From a virus (lineage: Duplodnaviria > Caudoviricetes), in the IMG/VR virus record IMGVR_UViG_3300021399_000100: a DNA stretch of 64,000 nt. One strand, 5' to 3'. The translations under genes were made by a program, and so were the position numbers. The stretch's first letter is position 1, and every line of letters begins with the position of its first letter. Shown here in pieces: positions 49,232-58,368 of this stretch. The notes under the pieces were generated by a model. That model worked only from the letters and a program-made list of their open reading frames with translations, did no database searches and was not told the DNA's origin.

Positions 49232-50356
49232 ATGAAAGATGTATTAACTTATACAGAAATAATGGCCAGCAGAAATGCTGCGTCCATTAACGAAGGGCTG
49301 TTGAGCAATATCAAGAACCTCTTCACGTCAGACTATACTATCAAGAACCCTATCCTTAAAGAGCTCTTGCGTGAAGTAGATTGTCCTATCTCATGGAAAG
49401 AGACTAAATTGCGTAACTCTATCCTCAAGTTGGTTGACGAGTTCGTGGCTACACAGGCCAAGACATATACAGAAGAGCTCATCGCTGCTAAAGATAAAGA
49501 TGACAAAGAAGGAGCGGGTGAAATTACTTTCGATAGCGAATCACACTTCGGTACCCTGAAGAGCAAGCGCCTGGTAGAAAAGGCATCGGCTACTCTTTCC
49601 GCACTGAAAGATCTTGCGTCGTCGTCAAAGACGGGAGGGGATGCCGTGACTAAATGGGTACAGATTGTGTATGATGAAGCTGTTATAGCAACTATACAGA
49701 CTGCTCTCAACAATACTGAGATAGACAGTACTCTCAAAGAAAAAGAGATGACTTCTCTTGAAAAGGCTCATGAACAGCTCCAGGAAGAAGTAAAAAAGAG
49801 CCATAAAGAGAATGCTGATGCATTCAAAGAAGCTGTCCAGAAGTACGCAAAGGATCAAACAATAGCTGATTACACTCCATTTATAGACAAGGGTGAGAGC
49901 ACTTTCAAGGTGTTCACAGAAATTGTCACCACAGGCAAAATAGCAGAGAAGCTCGGTAAGGGCGATAAGGCTCTGGGAATAGATAATGGAGATAATGCTA
50001 GCTTGAAGGCTGTCGTCGGCCTCGGCCTTTCTGCTGGTGCTGGCGAGCAGACTACTGCAGAGCTCATCAAGAATATTAAAAAAGAAGAGCAGGGCCGAGA
50101 CAAGGTCAACGTAGCCTTTACAGTAGCTGATAATGTCATCACGGAGCTGGCCCTAGCAGATAAATGCAATTGGGACAAGGTAAAGCAGCTCAAGCAGTTT
50201 ACAGGTCCGAAAGCATTTGGCCAGGTATCAAACCTTATAGACCGGCTCATAGCTGCAGGGTGCGATGTGCTCAGCGGCCAGCCTGACAAGGTGACTAATA
50301 ATATTGCTGAACTAGAAAAGTTCAAGCAGAATTATGAAAAATATCAGAAGATCTGA
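49232..50356 (+). CDS. Probable internal head protein
   Basis: N-terminal ...SINE|G resembles T4 gp21 protease sites (L/I-x-E); helical and charged. Confidence 0.5.
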   Translation: MKDVLTYTEIMASRNAASINEGLLSNIKNLFTSDYTIKNPILKELLREVDCPISWKETKLRNSILKLVDEFVATQAKTYTEELIAAKDKDDKEGAGEITFDSESHFGTLKSKRLVEKASATLSALKDLASSSKTGGDAVTKWVQIVYDEAVIATIQTALNNTEIDSTLKEKEMTSLEKAHEQLQEEVKKSHKENADAFKEAVQKYAKDQTIADYTPFIDKGESTFKVFTEIVTTGKIAEKLGKGDKALGIDNGDNASLKAVVGLGLSAGAGEQTTAELIKNIKKEEQGRDKVNVAFTVADNVITELALADKCNWDKVKQLKQFTGPKAFGQVSNLIDRLIAAGCDVLSGQPDKVTNNIAELEKFKQNYEKYQKI

Positions 50357-50391
50357 TATAGCAACGTGGCATACATATAATCAATTCATAG

Positions 50392-50423
50392 AGCACTGTG
50401 CGGGAAACTGCGCAGTGCTTTTT
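50392..50423 (+). terminator. Intrinsic terminator
   Basis: agcactgtgcgg-gaaa-ctgcgcagtgct followed by a T run. Confidence 0.8.
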
Positions 50424-50437
50424 GTATCTAAAATTCC

Positions 50438-50616
50438 TCCCCATATCCTTAATATTATATGAGGGGAATATATAATATAATGAAATAATTAGGGAAATTT
50501 CGGATTATTCTGGTTATTAGAAGCTATACAGAAGCTATATCCCCATATCCTTAAAGATATATGAGGGGAATATATAATATAGTGGAATAATTAGGGAAGT
50601 TTCGGATTATTCTGGT
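50438..50616. repeat. Tandem direct repeat (about 77-nt core, 102-nt period)
   Basis: tccccatatccttaa...atatgaggggaatatataatata...attagggaa.tttcggattattctggt at 50438 and 50540. Confidence 0.85.
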
Positions 50617-50895
50617 ATATCTATGAGCTATTCATATAAAGATTCTGTTCCATTCTATATAGAGTCAAAAAATAAAACAAAAAATAAAACAGATATAATG
50701 GAACAGAGTTCCGTGAGGTGCGTCACCTTTAGGTGCGCACTTCACATTACTATATAGATTCTATAGATTCTATTTGGCTTATTGCATATCATTCATCTAG
50801 TATGCACTATAGATACAGAATAGAAATAATGGGGATCAATCCGTTTCAGCAGGGTTTCTAAATAAGTTCGAATAGCTATGCTATATAACTATGCA

Positions 50896-50988
50896 TAACA
50901 TGCGATATTTGCTATGTTACTTCGCGTATAACGAAAGATCTTTCTAAAGTAATATAAGATATCAGAACAGAAAAAATATCGCGTTAAA
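50896..50988. repeat. 93-nt non-coding element, copy 2
   Basis: Aligns without gaps to 7636-7728; terminal inverted repeat atgcgatattt / aaatatcgcgt. Confidence 0.7.
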
Positions 50989-51146
50989 TCGCATTTATGA
51001 CAGTCTGATTAAAAATTTACTCTAATTATGAAAATAATCTGTAAAAATGTTTGGAGACAATTCAAAATAATCCTTATCTTTACAGCATAAAACATAAATT
51101 AATAAAAACAATTCAGCCCTACAGCATCACGGTTAAGCTGCTAAAC

Positions 51147-51881
51147 ATGGAGAAAGTTAAGCCTGAGGAAATTTTAAAGGTCATATCGGATTTCACATTT
51201 CCTATCTGTAAAGAAGATTACGATAGGGAGAGTGCGCCTTGGTTATTTGAAGACGAAGATGATGACGACTATGATGACGACGATGACGATGATGACGACT
51301 TCGGAGATGATGACGACTTCGGAGATGATGACGACGATGACGACGACGACTTCGGAGATGAGTACGATGAAGACGATGATGACGACGATGACGATGTTGT
51401 ATCGCCCTTCGTAATGGTTCCAAAAGACGAAGAAGCTGATGAGAAATACAAGTCAGCAGATAGCATCCGCATTCGCAGCCATATCGAAAAGATAAGAAAG
51501 TTCATGGAAGATACTGTTATCTCACATGAAGTAGAGATTTCTCTACAAGAATACATCAAAGACCTTCAAAAACAAGCAGATAACTACGAATGCGCTCTGC
51601 AGTATAAAGATCTGGAAGGTAAATACGCCAAGTATACAGATAACAGCCATATATACGAAGTCTGCCTGATGAAAATAAAAAAGATAGAAGGAGAAGACAT
51701 CTTTATGGATATCCTGGTAAGTAAAAGCAACTGGTGCAATTCCGACGAATTGCATATCTATCGTGACGCTCAGAGAAATTTGCACGCATATGACAATAGA
51801 AGCTGTTTTACTATTCTGACTAAAGAAGAGTTCGAGAAGGAATATAATAACATTGTAAAGATGGAAAATATTTCCAAGTAG
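51147..51881 (+). CDS. Early protein with a very long Asp-rich tract
   Basis: Early promoter TTGG-N20-TATCTTTAC (51051-51083); start moved to ATG 51147. Confidence 0.7.
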   Translation: MEKVKPEEILKVISDFTFPICKEDYDRESAPWLFEDEDDDDYDDDDDDDDDFGDDDDFGDDDDDDDDDFGDEYDEDDDDDDDDVVSPFVMVPKDEEADEKYKSADSIRIRSHIEKIRKFMEDTVISHEVEISLQEYIKDLQKQADNYECALQYKDLEGKYAKYTDNSHIYEVCLMKIKKIEGEDIFMDILVSKSNWCNSDELHIYRDAQRNLHAYDNRSCFTILTKEEFEKEYNNIVKMENISK

Positions 51882-51900
51882 GTGTAAAGAGATTGTTCAT

Positions 51901-51940
51901 GTGAACTACCCACGAACTAAAGATTTCGGGGTTTTCTTGC
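51901..51940. mobile_element. Orphan IS200/IS605-type terminal hairpin remnant
   Basis: GTGAACTACCCACGAACTAAAGATTTCGGGG resembles IS200/605 (TnpB/IscB) end hairpins; no transposase nearby. Confidence 0.55.
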
Positions 51941-52316
51941 ACTATTTAATATAAAAAGCAAATGCAGCTACTCTCCCGAGCGGCTGCATCTTTTATATAC
52001 ATTATCTTCAATATGAAAAATTATGTATTATTTACACCTCATATCATAATCTGTTTTTGTGATTATATGAGAAAAATAAACTTATAGTTTATATTCGGCA
52101 TGTAAATGCTTATAGCTTATATAACATTCTTCAAGATGGAAAAGAAACTCCATAGAACATATAGCAAGAGTGAGGGTGTGCGAATGATAGGTTCACCGAC
52201 CGGACGCTTTAGTACCTGTTCTACTATTAACGAAAGTATTAACAATCAAAAATATACGTATAACAAAAATGCAGCGACTCTCACGAGCAGCTGCATTAAA
52301 ACAGAATTTAATTTCT

Positions 52317-55300
52317 ATGAAATACACAAGTAAAAATGCCTTTACCGCGAACATCACTCGTGTATCTTATTTACCGAGCAAGAATAACTCTGTTTGGCAT
52401 ATTCTAGACAGAATCGCGGATGCTGACATAGAAACATCACCAGAAACTCCTATAGTTATAATTACCCCTAACTCAAAGAATCTGGATTTCTGTATAAAGT
52501 TATGCGGAATAGGCGCAGGTGTGACTAATATAGGTTCAGGGAAGGACGACTTCCAGAGAATGCATAGTTTTGCAAAGTTCAGGCACATCCGCCACAAAAA
52601 TAACCGGAAGCCACTATATGATGCTAGTACAAAAACATCTATACATGCAGATATTCTAGAGATATTCGGTGAAGCCTTCAGTTTCAAATCAGAAGAAGCT
52701 ATAGAGAGTTTCCTTCCAGTCGCTGATAAGATAAAGGATGGACTGTCTAAATGTGATCAATCTCTACAGCACATGATGGCCAAGTATACAGTAGAATGTA
52801 ACAAGGCTACATCGAAAGGAAACTGTGGAATCACTAGAAACTGCCGAAATATCTATACTATAGATTGCGACGAAAGAATAAGCCATGATGTGCTTATATC
52901 TATCATAAATGGTACTTATGTTGCTGATTCTCATAACGCTACAGAAGAAAGTCAAGTATCTAAAGGTATAGAGGAACTCGTAAAGCTCGTAAAGCAAATA
53001 CATTCATTGACAGGAGCCCTTCCCCATATCGTCTATAATAAGAAGACATCTCATTTCCAGATCCAGTATCTGATGAAGGATCCTATTTATGTAACCATAG
53101 AGTCGGCTGCTGCATCATTCAAGAGCTATAATGCTTCAAAGAAAGACGTATCTTTCTTCAGCAGCTATACCCTTCAGTGGAAGTCTGTATTCACTCGCGG
53201 ATTCAGTATACTGGAGAATGATGGAGCAGCATGCAGTCTGTATGATGCAGTATATGACCGTTTCTGGAAATATCGCGACGAATATGTTATTGTTGTTGTG
53301 CAGTCGTACGACCAACATATCGAATATGTAGATCTTGTAGATAAGGACACTTTTAAAGAACAACTGATGAATAATACACATCTGAAGAAAGTGAAAGATG
53401 TAGAGTTCGTCCCTACTCAGAATCTAGGTATCAAAATGTTCGATATAGCCAAGAACAGCAAGCTTCTGTTAAACACACCAGAATATATCTATTATGGCAA
53501 TGCTCATAAGAATATCGGATATGTAAATACGGGTGGGCACAAGTTTGCAGACATCAACTATAACTATTGCGCTAATAAATCATTGTCTATCGGAACACAC
53601 TTATCTCATGTATTCGATGTTGAAGAGGAAGACAGTTCCCTCACGCGAGAGCAGATTATATGCCTGCCTGATGGAGGATATGGTACTGATATGTTTAATA
53701 TGATGGACCTTAGCGCGTGGGAATACGCAGATAAATATGCTATAGATGCTAAATTTATAGCATTCATGGGTAGCCTTGATTCAGCAGAGCGCTTGTTCAA
53801 TAGCGAGGTACTTGCAGAATATGAAAAGTTCGTAGCAGGTCATACCTTCATGATGGATAAAAATGTACCCCTCCGTGAATGTAAAGAAGCATACGAGTTC
53901 AAGAATAGGCATAATCTTGACATATCAGAACATGCTGAAGCGACTGATGACGAATCATATGAATCATCTGTAAAAACAAAAGAAGAAAACACTAAGCAGT
54001 TAATAGAACATCTTAATAATCAATATGATAAAGGAGTATCAGATACTATTGATGCATTGAGCGAGAAATATCTAGGCGTTCCATATCTTGAATTGATATC
54101 TAATCTCGTCAATAAGATTGAAACACACGAGCATACTTCTCGCCATAAGTTCGATCATATATCAGGTCTGTACATTCTTTATAAGGCTATTTCGCACAAC
54201 ATTGAGTTCGCTGAAATATGCCGGGCATACAATCAGACCGCGGTTATTACTGAAGAAGGAAGCAATGCTTTCAATGAGGTTAATACTTTGATTGAGTATT
54301 CATTCAATGACGTGGTCAATAACATATATGATCGAACGCTGCCAGGTACATGCCATACAGGTGAATATGAACATAAATTTGACCTTCGCACAAATATCAT
54401 CCGTATGGACCCTTCTGCCTTATCTAAGAAAGCAGCTAGAATGACTAGGAGCTCAAGATGGGTTATTAATGGGTCACATGCCAAATCCTTATTATCTGGG
54501 TCTACTAAGCTAGATGTTATATATAATATGTTCAAGTTACTTCCAACATATATTCATAGTGAAGAATTAGCTAGAGAGTATACAGGAACTTCTAAATCAA
54601 CGAGTTACCGTACTCTCGTCAAATCAGCGTGGATGAAAGAGCTAGATGAATGCTTTGATCCTAATACTGCATCTAATCTGAGAAGTGTTAGTGTTTTATA
54701 TAAACCTACATCATATAAGAACAGCAACTGCCCTGGCAAAGGTATAAAATATATCACACTCAGAGAGCTGAAAGAACATGGAAGTTCTTATTATATAAAT
54801 AAAAACAAGCACATAGCAGACTTCTGTCTAGAGACCGCTACACATTTTAGAACCAAAGGTGATCCTCATGCGAATATAGACAGATATATATCTTCATTAG
54901 AGTACTTTATCGAACTTGTGAGAGGATTGCAATGCGAAGGTGATTGGTGTGCAGAAATTTCTGACGAGAATGTAGACCCTTCATTGGATGAAGATATCCA
55001 GAACAGCGGTATAGATACTCAGATTGAAGGCAAATACGTTGTCAAAGATAGAGAACTTATTCTAGCGCAAGTTAAGACATACAGATACTTCATGAAGATA
55101 TATACTCATATCAATGCAACATTGGATGCTGTAGATGAATATAGCGAAGAACCTCATATTATTAAATTGCAGTCTGTTACACATGAACTGCATAGAATAC
55201 TGGACGAGTTTCTGAGAGATATGTACCATGAACTGACGTCCTATACGAACACTGATTGTGTAACATCATGCAAAGACATATCATGTGTCCCCCATATTGA

Positions 55301-55436
55301 TGTAGAAGAAGCTATATCCGTGATGATGCATCATATTGAATTATATTATAATATGGTTGACTTCTTCGGCGACGATTACTTATGGGACATGGATTGGGGC
55401 GATGATAATGATAAGAAACTCCCGATAACATCATAG
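52317..55436 (+). CDS. Large protein with a Rep/primase (AEP-like) N-terminal domain
   Basis: YTIDCDE ... LPHIVYNKKTSHFQIQYL resembles DxD plus P....N....H.H motifs of ColE2-type replicases; replication-class promoter at 52059. Confidence 0.45.
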   Translation: MKYTSKNAFTANITRVSYLPSKNNSVWHILDRIADADIETSPETPIVIITPNSKNLDFCIKLCGIGAGVTNIGSGKDDFQRMHSFAKFRHIRHKNNRKPLYDASTKTSIHADILEIFGEAFSFKSEEAIESFLPVADKIKDGLSKCDQSLQHMMAKYTVECNKATSKGNCGITRNCRNIYTIDCDERISHDVLISIINGTYVADSHNATEESQVSKGIEELVKLVKQIHSLTGALPHIVYNKKTSHFQIQYLMKDPIYVTIESAAASFKSYNASKKDVSFFSSYTLQWKSVFTRGFSILENDGAACSLYDAVYDRFWKYRDEYVIVVVQSYDQHIEYVDLVDKDTFKEQLMNNTHLKKVKDVEFVPTQNLGIKMFDIAKNSKLLLNTPEYIYYGNAHKNIGYVNTGGHKFADINYNYCANKSLSIGTHLSHVFDVEEEDSSLTREQIICLPDGGYGTDMFNMMDLSAWEYADKYAIDAKFIAFMGSLDSAERLFNSEVLAEYEKFVAGHTFMMDKNVPLRECKEAYEFKNRHNLDISEHAEATDDESYESSVKTKEENTKQLIEHLNNQYDKGVSDTIDALSEKYLGVPYLELISNLVNKIETHEHTSRHKFDHISGLYILYKAISHNIEFAEICRAYNQTAVITEEGSNAFNEVNTLIEYSFNDVVNNIYDRTLPGTCHTGEYEHKFDLRTNIIRMDPSALSKKAARMTRSSRWVINGSHAKSLLSGSTKLDVIYNMFKLLPTYIHSEELAREYTGTSKSTSYRTLVKSAWMKELDECFDPNTASNLRSVSVLYKPTSYKNSNCPGKGIKYITLRELKEHGSSYYINKNKHIADFCLETATHFRTKGDPHANIDRYISSLEYFIELVRGLQCEGDWCAEISDENVDPSLDEDIQNSGIDTQIEGKYVVKDRELILAQVKTYRYFMKIYTHINATLDAVDEYSEEPHIIKLQSVTHELHRILDEFLRDMYHELTSYTNTDCVTSCKDISCVPHIDVEEAISVMMHHIELYYNMVDFFGDDYLWDMDWGDDNDKKLPITS

Positions 55437-55476
55437 ATATTTTGGTGATTATATAATAAATCTAAATTCAATAGTT

Positions 55477-56790
55477 ATGGATCAAATTAGACAAATTACT
55501 AATATATCAAGTCTTGCAGAATTAGGAGCTACCGTGCTGCCTGATACTTCTATAGCATTACTTGACCATTCGCAAGAAAAGATTCTTGCTGATATTATAT
55601 CTGCATGTGATATAGCACGTCTCAGCACAACAGATGTGTGTGATAACATATATACATTCTTGATCACAGGAGATGAACCGTTTGATCAGTCATGGGATGG
55701 CGAGGTGAAGCACTTTGGCGTTGAAGATAATATATGGAAAGTGACTGTAAGTGAGAGCAAAGACCGCAACAACGTCATGAGATTGATGCATATCACTAAC
55801 GTATCTAATGGATTCTTATGGGGCGAAACGTCTCTGTATCTAGAGGATGAATTTATTTATGCCAACGATGACGATCATTCATCTACTAAGATAAGTGCGG
55901 ACTGTAGTTTATTGTTAACACAGATCTATAACAAGATCATGGCAATACTAGCCACACCGAAGACCATTCAAGAGTATAATAACTCAATATCTGATATTCT
56001 TCCAGATTATAAGCTGACGTATTATGTCAAGAGATCAGATTTAAGAGATAACAATATACTCCGAATGCCTGTGTATATAGAAGATCCTGAGACTAAAGTC
56101 AAGGTAAAAAATATTTTGAAAGATAGCGCGCTTCTGGATAATGAAGAGGCAGATAATTATGATGTTATCCATACAATTACTCCACGTCAATATGTGTCTG
56201 CATGGTGTATAGCACACAAGAGTAGTTCCTCTCATTTGCATACCGCTAAATCAGAAGATACAAATGATATCGGTGATGATGAATATTTCAGAAAATATAA
56301 TTCTAAAGGGGATGAACTAATAGATATGCTGAAAGATGGTGGTTGGGACGACCCTTCAGTACTAAAGAAATGGGGTGAAGAACAATCGCCATATCATTGC
56401 TATGATGTAGTATATGCGAGAACACATTTGCAGCCATACGGCAAAAAACTGTACTACGCTAATTCCACTCATTATTACATAGACTTGTTCTTAACATCAA
56501 TAATACCTCTACATGAGTCTATTGGAGACTTATTGTGCATCATAGATGCATCTAAGTACATAGATATTCTTGATGAAAAAGATTACGTTCGTTTAGTACC
56601 TTCTTATGCAGACAAATACATGAGAAATTACAAACTAGATGAGGGCCCATGCTATATAGAGCAACGACACGACCCCTGCTTGATTCATGATATACGTGAT
56701 TGCAAATCTCTGATAAAGAAAAATGAATACTGTCCTCCAATAGTATCCACTAGAGAATTTATTATAAAATCAATACTACAAGAATCATGA
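55477..56790 (+). CDS. Hypothetical protein
   Basis: GTGATTATATA at 55445. Confidence 0.7.
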   Translation: MDQIRQITNISSLAELGATVLPDTSIALLDHSQEKILADIISACDIARLSTTDVCDNIYTFLITGDEPFDQSWDGEVKHFGVEDNIWKVTVSESKDRNNVMRLMHITNVSNGFLWGETSLYLEDEFIYANDDDHSSTKISADCSLLLTQIYNKIMAILATPKTIQEYNNSISDILPDYKLTYYVKRSDLRDNNILRMPVYIEDPETKVKVKNILKDSALLDNEEADNYDVIHTITPRQYVSAWCIAHKSSSSHLHTAKSEDTNDIGDDEYFRKYNSKGDELIDMLKDGGWDDPSVLKKWGEEQSPYHCYDVVYARTHLQPYGKKLYYANSTHYYIDLFLTSIIPLHESIGDLLCIIDASKYIDILDEKDYVRLVPSYADKYMRNYKLDEGPCYIEQRHDPCLIHDIRDCKSLIKKNEYCPPIVSTREFIIKSILQES

Positions 56791-57596
56791 AAGTAAAATA
56801 TATTTCTGATCTACATCTAGGCAGAGAGTACTCTAATTTATTGGTACTCAAGTATATACAGGAGCATCCGACTGATGATGCAGACGTTCTTGTGATAGCA
56901 GGTGATCTATGTCCTATATTACGCTTGAAAAATTTTGCATCTTGTGATGATGTATTATTTAAGTTTATCAATTGGTGTCATAATAATTTTCAGAAGACTA
57001 TAATTGTCCCCGGTAATCATGAGTTCTATGATGGCTCTGAATTGAGTGAATTTTCTGTGCATGGATACCGTCACGAGCTGACTGATAAAGTAATTATAGC
57101 TAATAATTCTACCGAAATGATTGGCAACGAAGTATTTTTTGTATGTTCTACAATGTGGAGTAACGTGAGCGAGCAGAATATTCCTTATGTCAATTCATAT
57201 ATGAACGATACGAGGTTGATTCGCTGGCACGGTGAGAAGTTCAGCGCAGATAGGTTCCAATGTGTACATGCAGAATGCCGTGATTCTATAGTAAGTGATC
57301 TGACTAATCTACGTAGAATGGGCGTCCCTGCCTGTAAAATTGTAGTAGTAACCCATCACTGTCCAAGTGTATTGTGTGAGAACCCTATTCATAAGGGTGG
57401 CAGATTAACTACTGCATTTATAGCAGACGACATGCAGGATATAATATCAGAATTTTCACCTGCATATTGGATATATGGGCATACTCACTACAATAAAGAT
57501 ATTGATCTCTGCGATACTCATATAGTATCTAATCAAATGGGATACAATCCTAAAGAATCTAATGATTTTAGTTTCGGTAAATGTTTCTTTATCTAA
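56787..57596 (+). CDS. Metallophosphoesterase
   Basis: SDLH, AGD, GNHE, THH and GHTH. Confidence 0.9.
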   Translation: MKVKYISDLHLGREYSNLLVLKYIQEHPTDDADVLVIAGDLCPILRLKNFASCDDVLFKFINWCHNNFQKTIIVPGNHEFYDGSELSEFSVHGYRHELTDKVIIANNSTEMIGNEVFFVCSTMWSNVSEQNIPYVNSYMNDTRLIRWHGEKFSADRFQCVHAECRDSIVSDLTNLRRMGVPACKIVVVTHHCPSVLCENPIHKGGRLTTAFIADDMQDIISEFSPAYWIYGHTHYNKDIDLCDTHIVSNQMGYNPKESNDFSFGKCFFI

Positions 57597-57627
57597 TGCA
57601 TTAATAATTAAACAAAAAGATACTAAC

Positions 57628-58314
57628 ATGAATAAAAAAGTATTGATAGTACCTGATGTACATGGAAGACTTTTCTGGAAAGACGCTATGTCTAAAATAG
57701 ACGAAGTAGATCTGTGTGTATTCTTGGGCGATTATGTTGATCCATATGAATTTGAAGCAAATACTATATCAGGTTCAGAACCTGAGCGACTTGTAGATAA
57801 TGTGAAAGAGATTATCAAATTCGCAAGAGACTATTCTCCAAAAGTAGTTTTACTCTTAGGAAACCATGATGCTCACTATATATGCGATGCACTTTATATC
57901 AGGAGTTCTAGATACAATTCTGCAATTAAAAACGGATTGCTGCGTACTTTTGAACAGAATAAGGACCTCTTCCGTAAATGCCTAGCGTATAACGGTGTTC
58001 TGTTTTCGCATGCAGGTGTAACTAAAGCATGGCTGTGCTATAATGGATATACTGGGGATTTTGATAACATTAATGAAATAGCCTCTTTCATAGAAGGCAG
58101 TGCTATAGATGATATCGCGCAAGTCGGACGTGCTAGAGGAGGAAATTATCCGTCTGGAGGGCCTATGTGGGCTGATTTGGGTGAACATACTGGTAAAGAT
58201 TTCTCTTTTCCTCAAGCAGTAGGCCATACACAATTGAGACAAACTGGTTCAGTTGCATGTATAGGAAATGTTACCTGTTATGATTCAAGAAGTATACATA
58301 TTATAGAAATATAA
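57628..58314 (+). CDS. Metallophosphoesterase (Ser/Thr phosphatase-like)
   Basis: PDVHG, LGDYVD, GNHD, SHAG and VGHT. Confidence 0.9.
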   Translation: MNKKVLIVPDVHGRLFWKDAMSKIDEVDLCVFLGDYVDPYEFEANTISGSEPERLVDNVKEIIKFARDYSPKVVLLLGNHDAHYICDALYIRSSRYNSAIKNGLLRTFEQNKDLFRKCLAYNGVLFSHAGVTKAWLCYNGYTGDFDNINEIASFIEGSAIDDIAQVGRARGGNYPSGGPMWADLGEHTGKDFSFPQAVGHTQLRQTGSVACIGNVTCYDSRSIHIIEI

Positions 58315-58368
58315 CATCATTCTTTTTGGGGATGTGTGATTATATTATTGAACAATTATTAATTAATT

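Noticed and set aside
50438-50616. CRISPR array
   Set aside because: Only two long units, no repeat-spacer periodicity, and no cas genes.
51249-51395. CRISPR-like or non-coding tandem repeat; overlapping Ser/His/Thr-rich ORFs
   Set aside because: It is an in-frame Asp-codon tract; the other frames are shadows of it.
52106-52333. 75-aa ORF and the 52269 start of the large ORF
   Set aside because: Both run through a repeated non-coding hairpin; ATG 52317 with an AT-rich leader is more plausible.
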